Source: Octopus sinensis (Eukaryota). Taken from it: a DNA stretch of 8,017 nucleotides. The notes under the pieces are model-generated. The model was not told where the DNA came from. It made no database searches and saw nothing but the letters and a program-made list of their open reading frames with translations. The stretch covers positions 1 through 8,017 of the forward strand of contig NW_021828736.1 of assembly GCF_006345805.1 (NCBI RefSeq). Reading direction: 5' to 3'. The translations under genes were made by a program, and so were the position numbers. Below, piece after piece: positions 1-6,550 of this stretch; positions within the stretch are counted from its first letter, which is position 1; every line of letters begins with the position of its first letter.

Positions 1-107
1 AACCATCTTAATATACCAATATAAATGTCTTTTATTATATCCCAAACACCATTTAAATATACCAATATATACTTGTTTTTGTTACGTTCAAAACATCATC
101 TTATATA

Positions 108-110
<3 letters not shown>

Positions 111-170
<60 letters not shown>
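111..170. repeat. (AT)n microsatellite
   Basis: Nearly uninterrupted AT dinucleotide run. Confidence 0.95.
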
Positions 171-172
<2 letters not shown>

Positions 173-653
173 AATAGTTATCGCCATACTAATATGGCAT
201 TCTATAAAAATAAGAATAAAGCTGTCCGCTTATTAGCTCCATGAGGCCATCGCCTTAAGTTAGCTATTTGATACACAAACTGTATCCATATAACCTTCGA
301 ACAAGGGAGGTCAGTCGCTCCACACTACTTGATCGACAGCTACAGACGCGTTCAGGGTATTGCCCTTGTCAATGTAGCGTAGTCAGACCAGTAGTGTCGC
401 TTCCGACTATCTCTGTTCGAAGGTTTTATTTACCTAGTTTCGGTGAATACATCCACTTGTTTTCAATAATAGAAATATTAAAATTACTATCTCTCTAAAA
501 GAGAACACGGCAGCGTTCCTGGAAATTAATAGTTATCGCCATACTAATATGGCATTCTTATAAAAATAAGAATAAAGCTGTCCGCTTATTAGCTCCATGA
601 GGCCATCGCCTTAAGTTAGCTATTTGATACACAAACTGTATCCATATAACCTT
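170..653 (-). mobile_element. Partial tandem repeat (A-hairpin-B-A, period 355-356 bp); candidate Penelope pLTR/retrozyme-like element
   Basis: 170-297 and 525-653 are identical except one extra T (ttctat vs ttcttat). The spacer holds a 134-nt fold-back (292-425) and a degenerate hammerhead-like motif on the minus strand (425-470). On the minus strand the element ends in (TA)n. The repeat is directly seen; the family call is inference. Confidence 0.5.
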
Positions 654-700
654 ATATAGCAATAATAAATCTCTAAACGAGATATAAACAGTAACTGCTC

Positions 701-858
701 TATAACATAAGGGGCATCAGCCATCTGAATGTGGCTAGGGACAGGGCAAGCGGTGGGGTTGTTACTGATGATCGCCTGGGGCTAAATGCATCAGTAACAC
801 CCCACCGCCCTGCCCTGTCCCTAGCCACATTCAGATGGCTGATGCCCCTTATGTTATA
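701..858. mobile_element. 158-bp near-perfect hairpin, MITE-like
   Basis: Arms 701-770 and 789-858 are reverse complements with about 3 differences around an 18-nt loop (771-788). Both ends are TA, compatible with a Tc1/mariner-type TA duplication; the superfamily is uncertain. Confidence 0.7.
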
Positions 859-871
859 TATATATATATAA

Positions 872-1429
872 TATATATAAATTGAATTAGTGATAAAACC
901 ACTATTAGGCAATTCAAACAGTGATAGACATTAACCAAAACATAAAAAGCAAAAAATATAATTAATATAATATACAAAATATATATAAATATAAAATTTA
1001 AAATTTAAATTATCAAAATTTGAAATTTTTAAATTTATATTTATAAATTTCTAGATTTTTAGATTTTAGATTTTAAATTTATAAATTTTTAAACTGTTTT
1101 TTAAACTAATCAAAAAGTATTAAAAAGTTTAATATAATATAATAATATATAATTTTAATATAATATAATAAGTATTATTATATTATACTAAAATTTTTAA
1201 TACTTTTTGTTTAGTTTTTTAAAAAAGTTTAAAAATTTATAAATTTAAAATTTAAAATATAAAAATAGGAATTTAAAAATTTCAAATTTTGATAATTTAA
1301 ATTTTACGTTTTATATTTTATATATATTTTGCATATTATATTAATTATATTTATTTTTTGTATTTTATGTCTTGGTTTATGTCTATCACTGTTTGAATTG
1401 CCTAATAGTGGTTTTTCTCTAATTTAATT

Positions 1430-1437
<8 letters not shown>
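872..1437. repeat. About 566-bp AT-rich palindrome (fold-back element)
   Basis: Arms about 872-1146 and 1174-1437 are reverse complements, including a perfect 37-bp match (895-931 vs 1379-1415) and about 5 differences over the outer 70 bp. Central spacer about 27 nt. Flanked by (TA)n on both sides. Confidence 0.9.
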
Positions 1438-1484
<47 letters not shown>

Positions 1485-1516
1485 TGTGTGTGTGTGTAGG
1501 TATGTATGTATGTATA
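1430..1516. repeat. Compound (TA)n-(TG)n-(TATG)n microsatellite
   Basis: Directly visible. Confidence 0.9.
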
Positions 1517-1518
1517 TA

Positions 1519-2041
1519 TTGGGTTGTCCGGAAAGTTCGTGCCGATTTATAGTAGCTTACCTTTCGACTTATTTTAGAACATGGTTGAGTCCATAAAATA
1601 GGATTTGACTACACCTCCATTTAGAGCACAGATTGAGCTGTCTTTTCGTGGAATAAGGTTTATGTTCCTATGACCTGTGTTAATTTTGTAACCCTTTAAA
1701 ATGTAAAAGTTCATTTTCGCCACTTGATGCTTTGGAAACCAGACAAAAATTGCTGCAGCTCGGCTGGGATGTGTTACCCCACCTTCCATATTCCCCAGAT
1801 ATTGCTCCTTCGGATTTCCACTTATTCGGGTCTCTGGATGACGTAAAAAGATACCTTGATGAATTCTTTGCCATGAAACCACCTCAATTCTGGGAAAAGG
1901 GTATTTTCAAGTTAAAGGAAAGACGGAGACGCATTGTGCAACAAAAGGGTTCATATTTGGTTGATTAAAAATGTAATGAGAGATATTTATTGACCTTTTT
2001 CTTTCCTTTAAAAACCGGCACGAACTTCCGGATAACCCCAA
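1519..2041 (+). mobile_element. Internally deleted, non-autonomous mariner (DD34D) transposon, 523 bp
   Basis: TIRs TTGGGTTGTCCGGAAAGTTCGTGCCGATTT (from 1519) and AAAACCGGCACGAACTTCCGGATAACCCCAA (to 2041). TA TSDs at 1517-1518 and 2042-2043. Internal mariner transposase remnants. Confidence 0.93.
1700..1968 (+). pseudogene. Mariner transposase remnant (N-terminal stub fused out of frame to C-terminus)
   Basis: 1700-1735 reads NVKVHFRHLMLW, like a mariner N-terminus (xxHFRHxxL). 1732-1968, in another frame, reads ETRQKLLQLGWDVLPHLPYSPDIAPSDFHLFGSL…EFFAMKP…FWEKGIFKLKER…GSYLVD*, with the mariner YSPDLAPSDF-type motif at 1789-1818. Confidence 0.9.
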
Positions 2042-2044
2042 TAA

Positions 2045-2085
<41 letters not shown>

Positions 2086-2100
2086 TATATTATATATATG

Positions 2101-2328
2101 CCATGATAGATCGTTAGCTTCTACACGCATTTTTTTCTCCCTTCTTTTTCCCTCCTTGTTTCTCCTTGTTTTCTTACTGTGTATCTTTCTGTCGAGAGCG
2201 TAGGCTCGAAACGTAAAGACTTGTTCTATTTCTATTCCTGAGCGCCATTACTATACTTTTGTTTGTTTGTACTCCACCTGCCTTCGTCTTTTGTTTATTT
2301 TCGTAAACCTTCCCGTTATATATATATA
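2101..2328 (+). mobile_element. Penelope-like pLTR-type remnant with hammerhead-like motif, ending in (TA)n
   Basis: Pyrimidine-rich leader, motif at 2184-2219, TTCCTGAGCG at 2235-2244, T-rich tail, then (TA)n. Same organisation as the minus-strand module at 3490-3712. Confidence 0.55.
2184..2219 (+). ncRNA. Minimal type I hammerhead-like motif (core CUGUCGA, A6U)
   Basis: TCTTT-CTGTCGA-GAGC[GTAG]GCTC-GAAA-C-GTA-AAGA: perfect 4-bp stem II, palindromic ACGT stem III, TCTT/AAGA stem I offset by one base. One core substitution. Confidence 0.55.
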
Positions 2329-2329
2329 A

Positions 2330-2671
2330 TTGTTAAGTTCTATGTTTCTAGTTTGATAATAGAGTTTATTATAAGTAAAATTATTATATTATTTATATCT
2401 TAAAAATATTGTTTAAATATTTCTGATTATATTTTAGATATTTCAATTACCTGAAGATTGACTATAACCATAACTCGAATTATTACGAATTGGACAGCCA
2501 TGAAACGATCGTAGTGTTTTACTCATTATCTTTTTTAAACTTTTAATACTTTGATATATATTTAAAATAATATAAATTAATTAATTTATGTATTGGCTTA
2601 AGTTTTTCACTGTTTGATTTGCCTAATAGTGGTTTTATCTCTAATTTAATATAATAATATATATATATATA
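2330..2671 (+). mobile_element. AT-rich pLTR-like remnant with hammerhead-like motif; 3' end matches the termini of the 872-1437 palindrome
   Basis: Motif at 2448-2516. 2585-2650 aligns to 1364-1428 with about 7 differences in about 66 bp. Ends in (ATA)n/(TA)n. Confidence 0.5.
2448..2516 (+). ncRNA. Minimal type I hammerhead-like motif with canonical core
   Basis: TAC-CTGAAGA(2451-2457)-TTGACT…AGCCAT-GAAA(2502-2505)-C-GATC-GTA(2511-2513)-GTG. Stem III is the perfect palindrome ACGATCGT. Stem I is 3 bp (TAC/GTG with G-U). Stem II has 2 mismatches in 6. Confidence 0.6.
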
Positions 2672-2821
2672 TCTTTTGTTATGTCCCAAGCGCCATTTGA
2701 ATATACTAATATATATTTGTCTTCTCGGCTTTATAATGGAAATGATAAACATTTTACTAATTCTCTCAGGAAACACAATAATTCACAAGACATTTAGTTA
2801 CGAAAGAATTAAGATACCTAC

Positions 2822-2970
2822 GTCAAGTACTGTGAACTCTTCTTCTTCTGCAGTCTGCACGGGTCGTAAATACAACCACAAAATGGCTTTCTTAATTGAA
2901 TACATGTATGGTAAAAGCTTCAGTGAAAACTGGAACGTATTTGTTAAGTTTGGGAAGGAAGTGTTTGACA
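2822..2970 (-). CDS. Internal coding exon of a TGF-beta superfamily ligand (myostatin/GDF11/activin-like prodomain)
   Basis: Minus strand shows branch-like CTAAC (3000-2996), tract TTTTTCTTCTCTTTTTCAG (acceptor at 2971), a 149-nt exon open only after a 2-nt offset (SNTSFPNLTNTFQFSLKLLPYMYSIKKAILWLYLRPVQTAEEEEFTVLD), and donor GTAGGT at 2821 (alternative AG|GTATCT at 2817). KKAILWLYLRPVQT resembles vertebrate myostatin VKAQLWIYLRPVET, with an upstream FxF motif. Two N-glycosylation sequons (NTS, NLT). Orthology not determinable here. Confidence 0.82.
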
Positions 2971-3170
2971 CTGAAAAAGAGAAGAAAAATTCTACGTTAG
3001 ACGAAGTCCTCCATGTAATACCAACGGTTCTTGTTTGAATTTCTGGTTATGTATGGCGTTATTTTAATGAAAACAGAGCCCTGTAGCAATAAAACGATTC
3101 GATTAATGTGCCCTGGAAGAGGTCACTTTTATCTAAAATCCATTTCAATGCATCTCTGGGCCACGAAACA

Positions 3171-3408
3171 CTCTCTCTTTACTCTTTTACTTTTTTACTC
3201 TTTTACTTGTTTCAGTCATGTGACAGCGGCCATGCTGGAGCACCGCCTTTAATCGAGCACATCGACCCCGGGACTTATTCTTTTGTAAGCCCAGTACTTA
3301 TTCTATAGGTCTCTCTTTGCCGAACCGCTAAGTAACGGGGACATAAACACACCAGCATCGGTTGTCAAGCAATGCTAGGGGGACAAACACAGACACACCA
3401 ACATACCA

Positions 3409-3412
<4 letters not shown>
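3171..3412 (-). mobile_element. SINE/LINE-tail retroposon fragment with (AAGAGTA)-like 3' tail
   Basis: Minus strand ends GGCGGTGCTCCAGCATGGCCGC…TGACTGAAACAAGTAAAAGAGTAAAA…, a short-repeat 3' tail typical of retroposons. Recognised as a common octopus-type repeat. No tRNA head seen. Confidence 0.65.
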
Positions 3413-3461
<49 letters not shown>

Positions 3462-3488
3462 TATATATACTATATATATATATATATA
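3412..3488. repeat. (AT)n microsatellite
   Basis: Directly visible. Confidence 0.95.
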
Positions 3489-3489
3489 A

Positions 3490-3712
3490 AGTTAATCCAA
3501 ACATGAAAACACAAAGAGAAAACACTACAACACGCGGGACGTGGAACAATATAGTATTTTGGACGCTCAGGAAAGAAGGAAAGAAGGAGGGTTTAACGTT
3601 TCGAGCGGAGCTCTTCGTCGGAAACATAGAAGGAAAGATCCAGAGAAGGGAAGACAGAGGAAAAAAAATTGCCAACGGTGCACACGCGGTCACATTTTGA
3701 ATGACCGGAAGG
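3490..3712 (-). mobile_element. Penelope-like pLTR-type remnant with hammerhead-like motif, ending in (TA)n
   Basis: Minus strand has a pyrimidine-rich leader, motif at 3625->3591, TTCCTGAGCG (3573->3564), T-rich tail, then (TA)n at 3488. Parallels 2101-2328. Confidence 0.55.
3591..3625 (-). ncRNA. Minimal type I hammerhead-like motif (core CCGACGA plus one extra A)
   Basis: GTTT-CCGACGA-A-GAGC[TCC]GCTC-GAAA-C-GTT-AAAC: perfect stem I (GTTT/AAAC) and stem II (GAGC/GCTC), palindromic AACGTT stem III. Confidence 0.6.
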
Positions 3713-3880
3713 AAACGACGGGCTTCTTTCAGTTTCTGTCAGCCAAATCCACTCACAAGGCTTTGGTCGGCCCGGGGCTATAGTAGAAGATACTGGCCCA
3801 AGGTGCCACGCAGTGGGACTGAACCCGGAACCATGTGGTTGGTAAGCAAGCTACTTACCACACAGCCACTCCTGCACCTA
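3713..3880 (-). mobile_element. tRNA-derived SINE, copy 1 of tandem pair
   Basis: Minus strand: TAGGTGCAGGAG-TGGCTGTGTGG (A box)…GGTTCAGTCCC (B box), then CCTTGGGCCAGT…. Confidence 0.8.
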
Positions 3881-3895
3881 TATATATATACATAT

Positions 3896-4058
3896 AAACG
3901 ACGGGCTTCTTTCAGTTTCCGTCTGCCAAATCCACTCACAAGGCTTTGGTCGGCCCGGGGCTATAGTAGAAGACACTGGCCCAAGGTGCCACGCAGTGGG
4001 ACTGAACCCAGAACCATGTGGTTGGTAATCAAGCTACTTACCACACAGCCACTCCTGC
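3896..4058 (-). mobile_element. tRNA-derived SINE, copy 2 of tandem pair
   Basis: 163 bp, 5 substitutions versus 3713-3875, period 183 bp. Confidence 0.8.
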
Positions 4059-4351
4059 GTCACACTCGAAACAAAAGAATTTTACTCTTCGTTGTATCAA
4101 CGGAAAAACGGCTTCTTTCCTTTGATTGGTAAACTCAATAAAAAATCACGCACAGCCGCATAAAGGGCCACCGATGTATTTACGAAAACAGAGGCACACA
4201 AGGGAAGCTGAAGCACATAGTCAACACTTATTTATCAAACACACACACACACATACGCAGAGAAGTTCATATCAGTGCTTACACCATCAGGCATATATGC
4301 GTGCATAGGAAAAAGAGATCTGAGCCATTTTGTCACTGGGAAATCTTTGTA

Positions 4352-5038
4352 AACATACATACATTCATACAAACATACATACATACATACATACATACGT
4401 ACATACACACACACATTCATACATACATACACACACACATTCATACATACATACATACATACATACGTACATTCATACATAATACATACATACATACATA
4501 CATTCATACATACATAATACATACATACATACATACACACACACATTCATACATACATACATTCATACAAACATTCATACATACATACATACATACATTA
4601 CTACATGCATACATACATACATACATACATACACACATACATGCATACATACATACAAACATAAATACATACATACATACATACATACATGCATACATAC
4701 ATACATACATACATACATACATACATACATAATACATACACACATACATACATACATGCATGCATACATACACACACACACATACATACATATATGCATG
4801 CATACATACATACATACATACACATTCATACATACATACATACATACATACATACATGCATACATACATACATACATACACATTCATACATACATACATA
4901 CATACATACATACATGCATACATACATGCATACATATATTCATACATACATACATACACACATACATACATACATACATACACACATACACATTCATACA
5001 TACATACATAATACATACATACATGCATACATACATAC

Positions 5039-5040
<2 letters not shown>
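4352..5040. repeat. About 690-bp interrupted (CATA)n microsatellite
   Basis: CATA units with CACA, CATT, CATG and TAA interruptions; the source of all HTYI/MYVC ORFs. Confidence 0.97.

Positions 5041-5082
<42 letters not shown>
5041..5082. repeat. (AT)n-(TG)n microsatellite
   Basis: Directly visible. Confidence 0.9.
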
Positions 5083-5085
<3 letters not shown>

Positions 5086-5090
5086 CAGTG

Positions 5091-5255
5091 TGGAGGCGCA
5101 ATGACCCAGTGGTTAGAGCAGCGGACTCCTATGACCGCGATTTCGATTCCCAGACCGGGCGTTGTGAGTGTTTATTGAGCGAAAACACCTAAAAGCTTCA
5201 CAAGGCTCCGGCAGGGGGTGGTGGCGAACCCTGCTGTATTCTTTCACCTCAACTT
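5091..5255 (+). mobile_element. 3'-truncated tRNA-derived SINE (same family as 5464-5770)
   Basis: A-box-like TGACCCAGTGG, B-box-like ATTTCGATTCC, then CAGACCGGGCG…GAGCGAAAACACCTAA…GGCTCCGGCAG, collinear with 5464-5615. Breaks at the (TTTA)n tract. Confidence 0.8.
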
Positions 5256-5256
5256 C

Positions 5257-5420
5257 ATTTTATTTATTTTATTTATTTATTTTCCGCTTCAAGTCTACAG
5301 GCCAAGGGGTCGGAGATTATTCGGGGTTCGAAAGTGTTTAAGGTGAAACTATATCAACACTAAGCCCTAAACAGGGCCCCAGTCCGTCGCAGGATTAAAC
5401 CCCTAGTACCAGTGGTTCCC
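5257..5420 (-). mobile_element. 3' fragment of a retroposon with (TAAA)n tail
   Basis: Minus strand has CCTGCGACGGACTGG… (shared with the SINE 3' parts near 5667 and 7540) and ends in AAAATAAATAAAT…. Confidence 0.55.
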
Positions 5421-5463
5421 TTTTTCAATTAAGCATGTTGGAGATAAGTATTGGGCAATGTAG

Positions 5464-5770
5464 TGGAAGCACATGGCCTAGTGGTTAGAACAGCAGACTC
5501 GCGGTCGAGGGATCGCGGGTTAGAATTTCAGACCGGGCGATGTGTGTGTGTTTATGAGCGAAACACCTAAGCTCCATGTGGCTCCGGCAGAAGGTAATGG
5601 CGAACTTCTGCTGACTCTTTCGCCACAACTTTCTCTCGCTCTTTCCTCCTGCATCTTGCAGCTCACCTGCGACGGACCGGCGTCCCGTCCAGGTGGGGAA
5701 CCTATACGCCAAGGAAACCGGGAAACCGGCTCTTATGAGCCAGACATGGCTCGAGAAGGAACAAACAAAC
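5464..5770 (+). mobile_element. Near full-length tRNA-derived SINE
   Basis: A box TGGCCTAGTGG, B-box-like GGTTAGAATTT, body, 3' CCTGCGACGGACCGGCGTCCCGTCCAGG…GGAAACCGGGAAACCGG, and an (ACAA)n tail. Confidence 0.82.
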
Positions 5771-5911
5771 ACATATTAATCTATGGGATTATTTATAATC
5801 GGGGGAATTAGGAGGCCAGAAATTTGGGCTGGTGAAGTCGTAGAAATTCTCCGCCAAACATGATCGTAAGATTGGGGTTTCGATTCCTGAAGAGGACAGG
5901 TATTTTAAAAA

Positions 5912-5939
5912 CGATGATAATAAGGATGGTGGTGATAAC

Positions 5940-5987
<48 letters not shown>

Positions 5988-5989
5988 AA

Positions 5990-6033
<44 letters not shown>

Positions 6034-6042
6034 ATGATGATG

Positions 6043-6092
<50 letters not shown>

Positions 6093-6276
6093 GATGATGA
6101 TGAAGATGATGGTGATGATGATGACGACGACGACCATGATGATGATGATGATTATGATGATGATGATGATGATGATGATGAAGAAGATGATGATGATGAT
6201 GATGATGACGACGACGACGACCATGATGATGATGATGATGATTATGATGATGATGATGGTGATGATGATGATGGTG

Positions 6277-6308
<32 letters not shown>

Positions 6309-6550
6309 GATGATGATGAAGATGATGGTGATGATGATGACGACGACGACCATGATGATGATGATGATTATGATGATGATGATGATGATGATGATGAAGA
6401 AGATGATGATGATGATGATGATGACGACGACGACGACCATGATGATGATGATGATGATTATGATGATGATGATGGTGATGATGATGATGATGAAGAAGAT
6501 GATGATGACGACGATGATGATGGTGGTGGTGATGACACAGAGATGATGAC
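5912..6550. repeat. About 640-bp (GAT)n array with a 216-bp higher-order duplication
   Basis: Variant landmarks recur at exactly +216: GGT 6078/6294, GAAG 6102/6318, GACC 6132/6348, GATTA 6150/6366, GAAGAAG 6180/6396, GGT 6258/6474. Confidence 0.95.

Noticed and set aside
183-286. Short stem-loops as Helitron/Helentron termini
   Set aside because: No adjacent CTRR end or subterminal inverted repeats were found; not excluded without family data.
268-498. 76-aa ORF across the tandem repeat and hairpin
   Set aside because: TTG start, no recognisable motif, overlaps a repeat boundary; the region is better explained by its structure.
4-653. CRISPR-like reading of the repeats at 4-115 and 170-653
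   Set aside because: Eukaryotic context, degenerate or over-long repeats, only 2-3 copies, no cas genes.
765-771. CTGATGA hammerhead core inside the 701-858 hairpin
   Set aside because: No downstream stem II-GAAA-NUH, and the heptamer is mostly sequestered in the hairpin arm.
1574-1882. Minus-strand ORFs of 102 and 64 aa
   Set aside because: Antisense shadows of the mariner remnant.
2676-3038. 120-aa plus-strand ORF
   Set aside because: Antisense to the TGF-beta-like exon; the splice signals and protein similarity are on the minus strand.
3328-4132. ORFs of 80-143 aa over the TA tract, pLTR-like module and tandem SINEs
   Set aside because: YIYI runs come from (AT)n, and the internally repeated peptide comes from the SINE duplication.
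4235-5192. Many HTYI- and MYVC-repeat ORFs up to 178 aa
   Set aside because: Translations of (CATA)n/(TATG)n, which lacks stops in most frames.
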